Below are positions 47,721-58,559 of a stretch of 64,000 nucleotides of DNA, one piece after another. The notes beneath the pieces were generated by a model. It saw only the letters and a program-made list of their open reading frames with translations. It did not search any database and had not been told where the DNA came from. Source of the DNA: Candidatus Delongbacteria bacterium (GTDB lineage Bacteria; CAIWAD01). Where the stretch lies: the NCBI GenBank assembly GCA_963663545.1, contig OY760505.1:352001-416000 (forward strand), given 5' to 3'. How positions within the stretch are numbered: the first letter of the stretch is position 1; each line of letters starts with the position of its first letter. Position numbers and translations under genes: made by a program.

Positions 47721-49151
47721 CTAACGGAGTGGTGCCAGTACCCGGAATACCCGGCTTTGACTCCCAGTCTTCCACTCCAGGAAGTAGAGGCCCGCTGCCA
47801 GAGAAGCGGGCAATTGTAGCAGCGCGCTGCGCTCACCGGCCATTTGCTCGCCTAGCCGATATCGGTGGATCTCCTGCCCCAGCAGATTGTATAGGCGGCC
47901 GTCGACCCCACCCTGATTCGCTTGCTCCCAGTACACACGAAACACACTCTGCGCATTGGCCAGCAAAGCGTCCGATTGGCGCTGTGGAAGGATTTCCTGC
48001 GGCGGATAGTTGTTCTGTTGTAGGGCGTCCCAGGCGTGCACGGTCCAGGCATCACACCATTCGGCGCGGGCGGCGCTGCTCAGCTCAAGGGGCCTATCGG
48101 CGTCCCAAAACTGAGCGAAGGCTTGATCACAAACGGGCATCCAGCCCGGAAGGTCCTCGGGATGCAACCAGCAGACGCTGCTGGTGAAAGTCATCAGCTC
48201 TTCCACACGGTCCTGCACCAGATCAGCCCACTGTCCGCCCGCGTCCAGGCTGCGGCACACGGCCAGTGGCGGATGCCCCGGCTCAACGGCCAACGGCGGA
48301 CTGGCCGCAGGAAAGCCCAGGCGCGCCAACATCATACCCGGGGAGGCATTCTCATCTGCACCGATTAGAACGGCTGCGCTACGCGTCCAGCGTCGGCAAA
48401 TGGTTTCCTGAAGCGAGCGCCCCAGCAAGGGGTGGTCTTGATCCGGTGAGACAAGATCCGTGGTGCATTGCCGCAGCAGAAACAGGGCATCGAGGGAGTC
48501 GACGCGTTCGGCCTGTCCAAGCATGGCCTCGGCACGCAGTCGTCGATCAATGCCGTAGCTGGAAAGCGGTGTAGTGCCGCTGTCGAGGTAATTGGTTCGC
48601 ACCAGCCAAGTAACACCCGCCTCTTCAGGGCGATAGCGCAGCCAGTAGGTGTTGTAGCACTCGTAGATGGCGCACGCACCGCTAGCGTCAAAGGCTCCGA
48701 AGTTTGACAAGCTGCGACGTCCAACCTGGTTGGTGGAGTCGAGAAGCGCCTCGAATTCGGCCAAGGTACTGCACTGCCTCAGCGCAATAGCCATCAGCTC
48801 GCCATTTCCCACACCCTCGCTCAAGTCATCGGGACCGTTTTGTGGCAGCGTATTGGCCACAGCAAAACTGGCGCTGTTGATGCCAGCCCAGTATTCGCTG
48901 GGATCGTCTGCATCGACAATGCCACACCAGGCCAGCCCGCCGGCCTCGGCATCGGCCTCAAGGGCGTGCAAACGCTGAGAAGTATCACGATTCTTCCACA
49001 GTAGCGGTCGACCATCCGGAGTCGACGCACCGCCGATGACAGCCATGGTGCATTCGTCATAGTCGACAAGTGCGGGCGGCAGTTGGCCCTGAATCAGCAG
49101 TAGCAGTGTCAGCGATAGCAGCACGCCACAGAGACGGCGCCAGGCACCCAT
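47721..49151 (-). CDS. Secreted Ntn-hydrolase (C45/C69-like peptidase) with CTD-like tail
   Basis: CTMAVI...TPDGRPLLWKNRD, WAGINSASF, RTN and LYNLLGQ...LAAGLYFL tail. Start uncertain. Confidence 0.75.
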   Translation of the reverse strand: MGAWRRLCGVLLSLTLLLLIQGQLPPALVDYDECTMAVIGGASTPDGRPLLWKNRDTSQRLHALEADAEAGGLAWCGIVDADDPSEYWAGINSASFAVANTLPQNGPDDLSEGVGNGELMAIALRQCSTLAEFEALLDSTNQVGRRSLSNFGAFDASGACAIYECYNTYWLRYRPEEAGVTWLVRTNYLDSGTTPLSSYGIDRRLRAEAMLGQAERVDSLDALFLLRQCTTDLVSPDQDHPLLGRSLQETICRRWTRSAAVLIGADENASPGMMLARLGFPAASPPLAVEPGHPPLAVCRSLDAGGQWADLVQDRVEELMTFTSSVCWLHPEDLPGWMPVCDQAFAQFWDADRPLELSSAARAEWCDAWTVHAWDALQQNNYPPQEILPQRQSDALLANAQSVFRVYWEQANQGGVDGRLYNLLGQEIHRYRLGEQMAGERSALLQLPASLAAGLYFLEWKTGSQSRVFRVLAPLR

Positions 49152-49289
49152 CCTGCGAGTGATGCAATTTCTGATTCCGCTGACCAATGGTAGCTCCCTA
49201 GTGCACAGATCTATGGCCAAAACCGGACCCCTGCAAACGCAACATGAACACACCTCTTGCCAGGTTCGCCACAAACGCGCGGTGTTTCT

Positions 49290-50531
49290 CTACTCGACAA
49301 CGTCGTATCCCGCTTTGCGCACCAGATCGGTCAAGGCTGCGCGCGTCGCCGCAGGATCGGCGGGCATCTCCAATACGCGAAGGATTCCGCTGGAAAGCTC
49401 CAACTCAAACTCTCCAATCAGGCCGCTCTTCTTCAGTGCATCTTGTACGCGCCCCAGACAATGGGGACAGGTCATGCCTGCTATGGTCATGCTGAACTCG
49501 CTCATTCCAGCCTCCTTTGGTCTGGTGCTAAAACGTCCACGAAGGGTAGCAAGGTAATGCAGCAGCATCAGCCCGCCGACAAGGATGAAGCCAAGCCAGT
49601 GCCACCAGGCACCTCCCGGTCGATGCAAGTGATGCATTGTTTCGGTCGTCTGCTTCACCGACTGCGCTAGCGGTCCATTCACCAGTGCGCCGGCAGCCAG
49701 CGCCACCAGAGCGATGCTACTTAGGTAAATGGCCGTGGGGCGTCGCCCGAGCGAACTGCGCATCATGTTGAGGGTCACCATGTTGGTTGCGGGCCCGCTA
49801 AGCAGAAAGACCAGTGCAGCTCCGGGACTGACACCTTTCATGATCATAGCTGCAGCAATGGGCGTTGAAGCCGTCGCACAGACGTACATTGGAATTCCTG
49901 CGGCCAGCATGACCAGCAGCTCCAGCCAAGGTGCGTGGGAAAACAGTCCTTCAAAAAGCCCATCGGGCACCAGGACGAGAATGGCTGCTGCCAGCAGCAA
50001 TCCGATCATAAGGCTGTCCGCCAGACCGCCAAAGAGCTCCAGCAGAAAGCGCGGCACTCCTCGTAACCTGTCCAGAGCGTGCTCTTCCCTGTTGTCTCCC
50101 GGTGGTGATTCTGGTTTGATCCCTTTGCCACTCAGCGTGTTCTCAGCAAGACCGCCCAAGAGCGCGGTCACAAGAGCAGCTAGAATCCGGTACAGGGCAA
50201 ACCAGGGACCGAGCAAACCATAAGTAAGTGCATAACTGTCAGCGCCAATCTGTGGAGCCGCTGTCAGAAAGCTCACACTCGCACCCGTTGACGCGCCCTT
50301 ACGTCGCAAAGAGGCCACAACGGGGACTACACTGCAACTGCACAACGGCAAGGGAATGGCCAACAGAGTCGCCTTGATCACCGCAGATCCACTATTGCTG
50401 CCCAAGTGTCGAATAACTGTAGCCTCACCCAAAGCGACGTGCAATGCGGCTGCCACCAGCAGCCCGATGATGAGCAGAGGTGAGATTTCCAGGCTGAGCG
50501 TGAGGAAGGCCCTCAGGAAGTCCGCAAACAT
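49290..50531 (-). CDS. Metal permease (DUF318/SO_0444-like) fused to an HMA domain
   Basis: PLPLCSCSV, PMYVCATASTP, GPATN and C-terminal GMTCPHC. Confidence 0.88.
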   Translation of the reverse strand: MFADFLRAFLTLSLEISPLLIIGLLVAAALHVALGEATVIRHLGSNSGSAVIKATLLAIPLPLCSCSVVPVVASLRRKGASTGASVSFLTAAPQIGADSYALTYGLLGPWFALYRILAALVTALLGGLAENTLSGKGIKPESPPGDNREEHALDRLRGVPRFLLELFGGLADSLMIGLLLAAAILVLVPDGLFEGLFSHAPWLELLVMLAAGIPMYVCATASTPIAAAMIMKGVSPGAALVFLLSGPATNMVTLNMMRSSLGRRPTAIYLSSIALVALAAGALVNGPLAQSVKQTTETMHHLHRPGGAWWHWLGFILVGGLMLLHYLATLRGRFSTRPKEAGMSEFSMTIAGMTCPHCLGRVQDALKKSGLIGEFELELSSGILRVLEMPADPAATRAALTDLVRKAGYDVVE

Positions 50532-50610
50532 AGAGGGCTAATATGGAGTGGAAACGGCAAAGGTTCCAGGGGAATTGCAGTTTGTTTGGCGAGTCTCACT
50601 TTACTCGCAG

Positions 50611-51480
50611 TTAAGGTTCTACCCAATTCAATTCCACGCTACCCATCCCAACAGACAAATCGAAATCAAGATTACCTGGCCCGGCCTGCCAGTTATCTGA
50701 ATACCATGTATCCTCGCTGATACGTTCCAGGCGCGTGAAGTCATGATTGGAAAGGAAGCTGTCATCGTGGCGCATCTTCACACCGACATCCTCGGGCACC
50801 TTGAGGGCGAGGGATCCCATGCCCACATCCAAGGAAACATCCACATTGGTCCGGTAATGACCGTCAAAAGCAAGAGTAGCGGAGCCCAGGCCCCCAACGA
50901 AGCTAAGCTGTTTCATCCAGACGTTAGCAAGGCCACGTACTTCCATCGAGCCAAGCCCCGTGGCCAGTTCCATCTCATCCATCTCACCTTGGCAAGGTGT
51001 ATCAAAGGAAATGGCCACTTCCGACAAGCCCGTAGCAAACGACAAATGATGCAGCTGCATTCCACCCAACTCGACCTGGCCCGGGCCGAGACCGTAGGCA
51101 ACATCCAAATCAATGGGCAGACTGCGTGAGAAACTCAGCACCCAGTGGTCCTTGTTCTTACGACTGCCCAGGATCGAGTAGCCTTCCTCATCGTCCTCGC
51201 CACTGGAAAGGATCAGATGCCCGACACGGCTGCTTGTGGAAAAGTGGATAGTGGGCTCCCAATCTTCACCGTTTGCATCGGTGACTACAACGTCCAGCTG
51301 CATCGAAACGAGAGGCTCACCATCGTGGGTGCGTATATCCAGCTGCGCAGCTCCCAGGTGCAGCTCGATTGAAGCAGAGTCCAGCCCATGTAGCGGGATT
51401 TCACGCTCAACTCGCTTCACTTCGGCCGCCCGACTCAGGCCGATCAGACACAGGACGAGGGCTAAGCTACTTCTAAACAT
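50611..51480 (-). CDS. Secreted beta-solenoid (toast-rack/adhesin-like) protein
   Basis: Signal peptide and repeated G.G...L/V strands; last gene of the ECF operon. Confidence 0.65.
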   Translation of the reverse strand: MFRSSLALVLCLIGLSRAAEVKRVEREIPLHGLDSASIELHLGAAQLDIRTHDGEPLVSMQLDVVVTDANGEDWEPTIHFSTSSRVGHLILSSGEDDEEGYSILGSRKNKDHWVLSFSRSLPIDLDVAYGLGPGQVELGGMQLHHLSFATGLSEVAISFDTPCQGEMDEMELATGLGSMEVRGLANVWMKQLSFVGGLGSATLAFDGHYRTNVDVSLDVGMGSLALKVPEDVGVKMRHDDSFLSNHDFTRLERISEDTWYSDNWQAGPGNLDFDLSVGMGSVELNWVEP

Positions 51481-51492
51481 GGTGTCCTCCGA

Positions 51493-53061
51493 TCAGAAAC
51501 GAGCCTTCAGGCGGAACATCAGGCGCCAGTCAGCCTCACCGGACTCGGTGCTGCGCGACATGATTAAACGCCACTCATCAAAACCACCGGCAATACCAAA
51601 TCCTATATCATGTTGGAACTCGTCCAATTCCAGGTCTCCCAGGTCACCACTGTAGAGACGCCCCGCGCTACTGGTTACGATCAAATCCAAATCCTCAAGC
51701 GGAAAGGGGATGTTCAACCGCTCTTCCAGCGCTTCGCCGTGGATCACATATTCCAGCGTGCCCAACACCATACCAGGCGCTCCTGCATCAAGAACGAGCC
51801 TGGAATCGTTGGCCTCGGAATCTCTGTAGTCCAGTTTGCCATCTGCGTTGTCGTCCACCAAGTCAATGGATTTCGGGCGATAGCCAGGCAAAGCGTCCGG
51901 ACCGCCCAGGCGGTACAAATAGGGCTCGGGAATGTGTGCGCCCCAAGTGTTGCCAAGCAGGATTCTGCCATTCAAGTTCTCACACTGGTAGGAATCGAGC
52001 GGCAGATGAAAATGCATGCTCCCCATCCAGCGTTCGTACTCATACTCGGATTCGTCGCCTTCAAAATCACCCAGTCCACGCTCCCATTTTGCAGCAAGGG
52101 TGAGGCCGTACTGGTCGTACTCGCGCTCCTCGATCATGTCCAGCAGGAGCTCGGCGCGCAGGCCACGGGCATCGCCTCCCTTGAAGCCAAAGAGCTTGGA
52201 ATAGAGGTTTTCCTGATAATCGCGAGAGCCGTTCCAGCTCCACTGCGTATTGCGATCCAGAGGATCCATGCTTTCGGCGAACCATCCAAAGCCAAAGTTG
52301 ATCCGGCGTTCCCACAGTCGTGTATTCACAGTGACATCATAGCCTTCGCTGTCGTAGTGATCGAAGAAATCCATATGCAGCAGCCCACCTGCCAGGGTGT
52401 TCTCAGTGGAGGTCAACATCCAGTTATCCTGGCTTTCGGTCAAGGTGTGCCCACCGATGCCCAGTGTGAGTAGCGGCTTGTGCAGCAATGCACGGCGCAT
52501 TTGCATTTCGGCTTCGACGCGATGCGTGCCAAAGGCATAATAGGCTGTTCCGTCCAGATCAAAAAGGAGGGAAGGATTCTTCTCCAGATCGACGGGCAAT
52601 AGCTGAACGCCCAATTGCAATCCCGCCACACGATTGAAGGCAACATAGACATCCGTGTCGTCGTCCAGGTCTTTGCCCTCATCCTCCTCTAGATCCTCGT
52701 CGACGTCCTCGCGATCGCCCAAAGCGAAAGGAGTAGCCTCATCGCGATTGGTACTCAAGTAGTCCTTTTGCGAAATGCGACCGCCAACCTGATCCTTGTT
52801 GTCCAAAACCAGTTCGCCGTGGATGACCACCAGGTCGCCCTGGATGTAGGCACCAGGCTGTAGCACACAGTCACCGAAAACGACGAGCACTTTGCCCGTC
52901 ACCGTGCCTGCCAGAAAAAGATCGCCACGATACACCATTAGGTCGCCGTCAACGGTTTCCTCGGCTGAAATCACGATATCGCGCAGATAATGAGTTTGGG
53001 ATTCAGCGTGAAGAGCCGTGCACAAGGCGAGCAGCAGCACAAGCAGTAGAAAGTGTCTCAT
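51493..53061 (-). CDS. Outer-membrane protein with bactofilin-like N-terminus and beta-barrel
   Basis: V.GD..V..G repeats, FNRV.GL.LG, LGG...LPGY and terminal Phe. Confidence 0.65.
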   Translation of the reverse strand: MRHFLLLVLLLALCTALHAESQTHYLRDIVISAEETVDGDLMVYRGDLFLAGTVTGKVLVVFGDCVLQPGAYIQGDLVVIHGELVLDNKDQVGGRISQKDYLSTNRDEATPFALGDREDVDEDLEEDEGKDLDDDTDVYVAFNRVAGLQLGVQLLPVDLEKNPSLLFDLDGTAYYAFGTHRVEAEMQMRRALLHKPLLTLGIGGHTLTESQDNWMLTSTENTLAGGLLHMDFFDHYDSEGYDVTVNTRLWERRINFGFGWFAESMDPLDRNTQWSWNGSRDYQENLYSKLFGFKGGDARGLRAELLLDMIEEREYDQYGLTLAAKWERGLGDFEGDESEYEYERWMGSMHFHLPLDSYQCENLNGRILLGNTWGAHIPEPYLYRLGGPDALPGYRPKSIDLVDDNADGKLDYRDSEANDSRLVLDAGAPGMVLGTLEYVIHGEALEERLNIPFPLEDLDLIVTSSAGRLYSGDLGDLELDEFQHDIGFGIAGGFDEWRLIMSRSTESGEADWRLMFRLKARF

Positions 53062-53996
53062 CGAGTGCCTCCTCCAAGCGGACTTGCGCTACCGCCACCC
53101 GCTGATAATACACGACCAGCCAAGCCACGCAATTCGGGTGTGGGATCGTCAACCAAGGCTTTCAAAAAGGCCTGGCGTACGACGGGCAGATCGATACTGG
53201 GAGCGAGCGCGCCAGCAGCCGCATAGCGGACATCCTGACTGGGATCGTGCGAAAGCGCATACACGAGTACATTCAACGTGTTGGGTGTAAAAGCACCGTC
53301 TTCCAGAATACGGATTGCCTTCAAGCGCCGGTCGCTGTCACGATCGTTGCGCACGATGTAACCCAAGTATTCCTGAATCTCGTCGTCGGCCGCAGACCCG
53401 TTGATCTCGTACCGGGAAGTCTCGTCCAGCAGGATGCGTACGCCAGAACCCGACTCGACTTCAAGATCCTGCACCGCATACTGCCGACTGCTGGGGCTAC
53501 CCACGGCTTGGCTGTTCAGGCTGGCCGCAGTCAACTCACCACCGCCAAAGGGGACAGGCGCCTCTGCAGTAGTGTTTAGCGGATGCTTGTTCAAAACCAT
53601 CATCATCGCTATCACAGTGCACGCGGCTGTGGAAACGGCATAGGCTGCCAATCGCCAACGACGAACAGGACGCACGCGCGGCTGAGGCACAGGCTGGGCC
53701 GGACGAGTATCGGGGATGGCTTTTAGGTCGGGTGAGGCAGTATCGAAGTTGGCCGGATGCCGGGGATGGCGCGCCAACAAAGCACTCAAGCCTGCGCGTG
53801 CCAGATCAAGCTCACCTTCATCCACACAGGCTTCTTCGGTCTCGGTCAACTCAGCCTGCAGCACTTCGATCTGGCGTAGCTCTTCGCGCAGTCCGGCGTC
53901 CTCGTCCAGAGCGGCGGCCACGAATTGATAACGAGCTGGATCAAGTGTGCCTTCAAGCCAGGCGATGAGATCGTGCTCGGTGGGTTTATTGCTCAT
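53058..53996 (-). CDS. Putative anti-sigma factor (TM + HEAT repeats)
   Basis: LIAWLEGTLD N-terminus, TM segment, DP...VR..AA repeats; follows the ECF sigma gene. Confidence 0.75.
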   Translation of the reverse strand: MSNKPTEHDLIAWLEGTLDPARYQFVAAALDEDAGLREELRQIEVLQAELTETEEACVDEGELDLARAGLSALLARHPRHPANFDTASPDLKAIPDTRPAQPVPQPRVRPVRRWRLAAYAVSTAACTVIAMMMVLNKHPLNTTAEAPVPFGGGELTAASLNSQAVGSPSSRQYAVQDLEVESGSGVRILLDETSRYEINGSAADDEIQEYLGYIVRNDRDSDRRLKAIRILEDGAFTPNTLNVLVYALSHDPSQDVRYAAAGALAPSIDLPVVRQAFLKALVDDPTPELRGLAGRVLSAGGGSASPLGGGTR

Positions 53997-54616
53997 TCGA
54001 GGTCATCCTTCAGTTGGTCCCTGATCGCGCGTACGGCGCGAAAGGCCAGGATTTTGACGGTGCCTTCGGGCATGTCGAAAATCTCGGCAATCTCCTTCAC
54101 TCTCAGCCCGTGCTGGTGGCGAAGGCAGAAAATCAGTCGCTGCTTTGGCTTCAGGGTTTCAACTGCGGTCCAGATTTTCTTTAACAACGCTTCCTTGCCA
54201 AATGTTTCCTGTTGATCCTCGATGGGGTTCACCGCCTGGTGCGCCACCACCCGGTCCATCCAGTCGCCGTCTTCCTCGTCATCCAATAGCGGTTGGAGGT
54301 GTTTCTTCTCTCTGCGGCCACGCTGATCGAAGTAGGTCATGCAACGATTGACGGCAATCCGATACAGCCATGTGAAGAATCCGGCTTCTAGTCGAAAATT
54401 TGGCAAGCCGAGCCAGGCACGCAGAAAGACGTCCTGATAGACGTCGCGCGCGTCTTCGGAATTGCGAACCATACTGCGAATAAGACCCATCAACCGTCTG
54501 TCATAACGACTGACCAGCATCTCAAACGCCGTCTGATCCCCTTGCTGGGATTTGAGAATAAGTTCTCGCTCGTCCTGCTCCAAGGTCTCTCCATTACTGG
54601 CGAGTTGGTGTGACAC
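53993..54616 (-). CDS. ECF RNA polymerase sigma factor
   Basis: GD..AFE.LV.RY, DVYQDVF, FTWLYRIAVN, EIAEIFDMPEGTVK. Confidence 0.92.
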   Translation of the reverse strand: MSHQLASNGETLEQDERELILKSQQGDQTAFEMLVSRYDRRLMGLIRSMVRNSEDARDVYQDVFLRAWLGLPNFRLEAGFFTWLYRIAVNRCMTYFDQRGRREKKHLQPLLDDEEDGDWMDRVVAHQAVNPIEDQQETFGKEALLKKIWTAVETLKPKQRLIFCLRHQHGLRVKEIAEIFDMPEGTVKILAFRAVRAIRDQLKDDLE

Positions 54617-54665
54617 TGCAAGATGTAAAAATACAGAAGGACGGCCAAGCGCTATAGACTACCTG

Positions 54666-56171
54666 TTACCAGCTCACAGCGACGGCGCGCATTTCCCATT
54701 CGCTCCCTGTATGAACCCGCAACAGATACGCACCTGGCTCGGGCAACTGCCCGTTCTCCAGTCGACCATTCCAAAGATAGGAGGAAGATTCAGTGTAGCG
54801 TTCGAAAAGCCGTTCTCCCAGTCGGGTCCACAGTTGTATCACAAGACGCTCCGACCCGGGACAGGAAATGCGTAGATGCGCATTTTCGTTGGTTGACAGC
54901 GGCAGCAGCAAATCACTCGAAAGCTGCAATCCAGCCCGGTCAGCGGAGGGAATCCAGCAGGAATTCTGTCCTCCAGGAGTTCCGCCCGTCACCGAACTGC
55001 AGCTCCAACTCTCGGGCAATTCTGCTTGCAGCTCAGGGCCCAGTCGCTCCAGGCTGCGAGCACGGCAATGCACGGGCGTATCCCATTGCACTTCCTCCAC
55101 TCGCTCTCCATCGGGTGACTCTAGTACTAGAAAGCCCTGAAGATTCAGGTGAGGAGCACAGACAAAAGTGCGGCAGTCTTCCCTTGTCTGTGTATCACGG
55201 CCAAGCAGTAGATAGCAAGCGGCTGCCAGTGTGCCCTCCAACTCCTGCGACCAGCTATCCGCCACCAGCTCCATGCCATCCAATACCAATTCACACTCGC
55301 CTGCATTCCACAATTCGATCCAATCGCGGCCTTCTTCCCCGTCGGCCATGATTTCGTTGATACAGAGGCCATCGCGCGCAGGCCGCCACAGCAGCGTGTC
55401 AAGTAGCAGTCGTGATCCACCGGGCGACGGATGGCTCAGATGAAATGGATTGTTGCCCGCCAAAGGCAGAGGGGGCAGCGTTTGCTCCCAGCATTCTCCC
55501 CCGTTCAAATCCGGAAGCACAAGCTCCGTTTCAAGCGCGCACGAGCCCTGTCCAGCACAAAGAGTGACAGGGCCGGACCAGCCTGCATAGCCACAGGCCC
55601 TAAGCAGAAGCCGCTCCAGCTTGATCTCGAGCAGTTCCAGCTCGTAGTCCAGTCGCTGCACGCTGTTTGGTCTTCCCAGACTATGGGAGCCCAGTCGATG
55701 CGGAAGCCAGCTCGCGCTGCTGCATGGATCACGCTCGCGTCGTTCGCAACTACAGCCAGCGGGCAGATCGCCTCGGGTCCACAACGAATCCAGGACCTCG
55801 CCCTCGGCAGACAGCAACTGAAGGCACTCCCCACCGCCATTGGTCAAGCCGCCGGACCCGAACGAGGTGTCGCCGATGTACAGCACGACAACCGAATCGG
55901 GCAGTCCTTGTAAATAGGCACCGCTATGGTCTGGGTCCAGGATCAGCGCAATTTGCCCCGGTGGCAGGCTGTCTGCATCGCTGACAAGCTCATCGATCCC
56001 GCTTCCATCACTCAGCCGCAAGTCGTCAAGGGATACAGCGCTGGCGCCCGGATTCCAGAGTTCGACGCATTCGTCCTCATACTCAGAACCCAATGGATTT
56101 GACAAGTATTCGTTCAACAGAAGCTGTGCTGCACACAGCCTCGCCAACAAGAGCAGCAGCAGATAGCGCAT
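54666..56171 (-). CDS. Secreted lamin-tail domain protein with FlgD-like C-terminus
   Basis: LLNEYLSNP...ECVELWN, INEIMAD...WIELWN, GTPG..NS, WNGR..NG...PGAY. Confidence 0.75.
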   Translation of the reverse strand: MRYLLLLLLARLCAAQLLLNEYLSNPLGSEYEDECVELWNPGASAVSLDDLRLSDGSGIDELVSDADSLPPGQIALILDPDHSGAYLQGLPDSVVVLYIGDTSFGSGGLTNGGGECLQLLSAEGEVLDSLWTRGDLPAGCSCERRERDPCSSASWLPHRLGSHSLGRPNSVQRLDYELELLEIKLERLLLRACGYAGWSGPVTLCAGQGSCALETELVLPDLNGGECWEQTLPPLPLAGNNPFHLSHPSPGGSRLLLDTLLWRPARDGLCINEIMADGEEGRDWIELWNAGECELVLDGMELVADSWSQELEGTLAAACYLLLGRDTQTREDCRTFVCAPHLNLQGFLVLESPDGERVEEVQWDTPVHCRARSLERLGPELQAELPESWSCSSVTGGTPGGQNSCWIPSADRAGLQLSSDLLLPLSTNENAHLRISCPGSERLVIQLWTRLGERLFERYTESSSYLWNGRLENGQLPEPGAYLLRVHTGSEWEMRAVAVSW

Positions 56172-56253
56172 GGTTCACCTCCGCAGGGCAAACACGCAGC
56201 TGCGGTATGAGTTTCCAGAAAAGCGGCTCTTGGCGGAAAGGAGATCGCAGGTG

Positions 56254-57111
56254 TCAGTTGGGCTGGACATCTTCGTCGCCCCGGGCGGAGGCGCGCAGAT
56301 CCAGCATCAAGCTATCAGCAGTGTAGGTTTCGGTGACGGGTTTGCGAATGTTCGCCAGCATATTGAGCACACGCCCCAGGCGGCGGACTTGGGCGAGAAT
56401 TGTCCGCAGCTTGTCCTGTACTCCTTCGTCAGAGTCAAGCAGCTGCAGTGAAAGCAACTCGGCAGAACCGTTGATAATGGTGAGCGGATTGTTGATTTCG
56501 TGATTCATGGTGGCAATCAGCTCGCCCACGGCCTTGAGCCGTTCGCTCTCCACAAGACGTCCTTGCATGTCTCGCAGCTGTCGATTTCGCTGCGCCAATA
56601 CCGCATTTGAGGTGCGCAGATCGCGTACCAGGTGCATGTTATGGATGAGCTGGGCCAATTGACCGGCTAGCAGTCTCAGGGGTGTTTCTTCCAACTCATG
56701 AAAAGCTCCGCTGGTGCTGTGGCCGAAATTCATTACTCCCAGCAGCTCGTCCTCCACCACCAGAGGTAATCCGACGTAGGACTGGACCCGATGCGCATCA
56801 ACGTTTCGGCGCCGCCCCAGTACAGGTAGAATGATCGGGCGACGCTGCTGGGCAATCCACGCACTAAGGCCGAAACCCATGTCGAAGCGCACGACGTCGA
56901 TCAGGTTCACCGGTGTATCACCGACCATCTCGTCCTGCACAAGTTCGCCACTCTCATCGTCCAAGAGGTACAGTGTGGCGGATTCGTAAGGGATGATGCG
57001 TGCTACCAAATCCAGCACCGGGCGAAGACTCTGCTGTTCGGCTGTACTGGCCTGCAGCAGGCTGGTCAATTCCAGCAGAACGCTGAGTTCTTCGCTACGG
57101 ATGCTACCCAT
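56254..57111 (-). CDS. GAF + HisKA protein lacking a HATPase domain
   Basis: GAF (GFGLSAWIA, SYVGLPL) and H-box NHEINNPL; no N/G1/G2 boxes. Confidence 0.8.
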   Translation of the reverse strand: MGSIRSEELSVLLELTSLLQASTAEQQSLRPVLDLVARIIPYESATLYLLDDESGELVQDEMVGDTPVNLIDVVRFDMGFGLSAWIAQQRRPIILPVLGRRRNVDAHRVQSYVGLPLVVEDELLGVMNFGHSTSGAFHELEETPLRLLAGQLAQLIHNMHLVRDLRTSNAVLAQRNRQLRDMQGRLVESERLKAVGELIATMNHEINNPLTIINGSAELLSLQLLDSDEGVQDKLRTILAQVRRLGRVLNMLANIRKPVTETYTADSLMLDLRASARGDEDVQPN

Positions 57112-57124
57112 GTCACAACGGTCC

Positions 57125-58555
57125 TTAGTCTTCGCGCAGTTCCAGTATCAGGCGGACCTCATCAACACCCATATCCAGCGACTCGGCAATCTCGACGATG
57201 GACTTCTTCTGGTCCGCCAAGCGGTACACAGCCTCCTCGCGGCTACCGCTTCCCATGGGGATATCGTCATCTTCCGGAGTCTCTGGAGCGGGTTCTGGCA
57301 TCAGATCGGAAACATCAGGTATTTTTGTGTCACGCTTTGGAGCGGGCGGCGCTTCCGCCTGACTGCGGCTCAGTTCCGCCAGTTCCTGTTCAAGCTCATC
57401 CTGCACACGACGTGAGACACTGCTGTAATCGTTCAATTCTTCCGGGACTTCAGGATTGCTATCTCCTAAAGCATCTGCAATGATTCGTCTGCGCTCACGA
57501 GCCTTTTTCCGCTGTGATACAATGAACTGGCCCAGTAAAAAGGCCGCCAAACCCAGGGCGATTCCCAGCATCAGGCCAGGCAGAAAACGGCTGCTCTTCT
57601 TGACAACAACGGGTGTGGTGTATAAATCCGTTGCTGTCAGCGGACGCCCCTGGCGCAGGACTTCGAGATAGTAGGCCAGATCGTCCTGATTGATCTCCCC
57701 GCCCGGCAGGACGCCGTTGACTTCCTGCCCATCGAGCTGCATCACAACCAGGCGCGCGGCGTCGCTGTAGATGGGGTTCTCCAGCAAGGGGTCCAGCTGC
57801 TGCTTGGCGCGAAAAAGATCGCCGAGATTGTAATACACCTGTCCCAAGCGGTAGCGCACCATCGGATGCTCGCTACTGCGATCGCTTAGCTTTTTGAGCT
57901 GTTGCAGTGCAGTGGGATAATCGCCCAGTTCAAGTAGTAGTTCACCGATGCGCAGTCGCTTGTAATCGCGGTTCGAAAGCCCCTGGTAGTTCTTGGGATC
58001 TTCAATTCCACCCGTCGGTGCAGTCTCTTCCTGCAGTCGCGGTTCAGGTTCATGCTGGGGCTCCTGCTGCTCATGTTGTGATACAGTCCGGTTTGCGAGC
58101 GGGTCTGTATCACGGCTCGTGTGGGTAGCTGGAGTGATCTGAGGTCTTGTCGCTGGCGAGCTTGCCGCATCGGAATCTGTGTCACCCGGATACACATCAA
58201 TGACGATGCGGAAGGGGCTTTCATCGAGGCCAAAATGGCGCACACGGCCCACGCCCGAGCAACTCAGCTTCCACACGGTCTGTCCATCGCGCATGCCCGC
58301 TGCTTCTGCGCGCTCCACAACACCACTGCCGACGCGTAAGCGGTCACTCATGCGATGACTGACATCACCCGCCAGAAGCACATCCACTTCACGCGCGGAG
58401 ACACGTAACACCTGGTAGGACAGGCGCTCACTCAGGTCAAAAACGATCCGCGTGTGATCCTCGTGCTCGAACCAGCGAATGCTATCCAACTCGGCCGCGA
58501 CAGCGGGCAGCAGCCACAGCAATAGAGTTACGATGCGCAGCGTGCACTTCGTCAT
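57125..58555 (-). CDS. AMIN + TPR membrane protein with C-terminal HTH (DUF6115-like)
   Basis: TRIVFDL and PFRIVIDV (AMIN), TPR, TM segment, SIVEIAESLDMGVDEVRLIL; ATG 58555 after AAGGAG. Confidence 0.7.
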   Translation of the reverse strand: MTKCTLRIVTLLLWLLPAVAAELDSIRWFEHEDHTRIVFDLSERLSYQVLRVSAREVDVLLAGDVSHRMSDRLRVGSGVVERAEAAGMRDGQTVWKLSCSGVGRVRHFGLDESPFRIVIDVYPGDTDSDAASSPATRPQITPATHTSRDTDPLANRTVSQHEQQEPQHEPEPRLQEETAPTGGIEDPKNYQGLSNRDYKRLRIGELLLELGDYPTALQQLKKLSDRSSEHPMVRYRLGQVYYNLGDLFRAKQQLDPLLENPIYSDAARLVVMQLDGQEVNGVLPGGEINQDDLAYYLEVLRQGRPLTATDLYTTPVVVKKSSRFLPGLMLGIALGLAAFLLGQFIVSQRKKARERRRIIADALGDSNPEVPEELNDYSSVSRRVQDELEQELAELSRSQAEAPPAPKRDTKIPDVSDLMPEPAPETPEDDDIPMGSGSREEAVYRLADQKKSIVEIAESLDMGVDEVRLILELRED

Positions 58556-58559
58556 GCCG

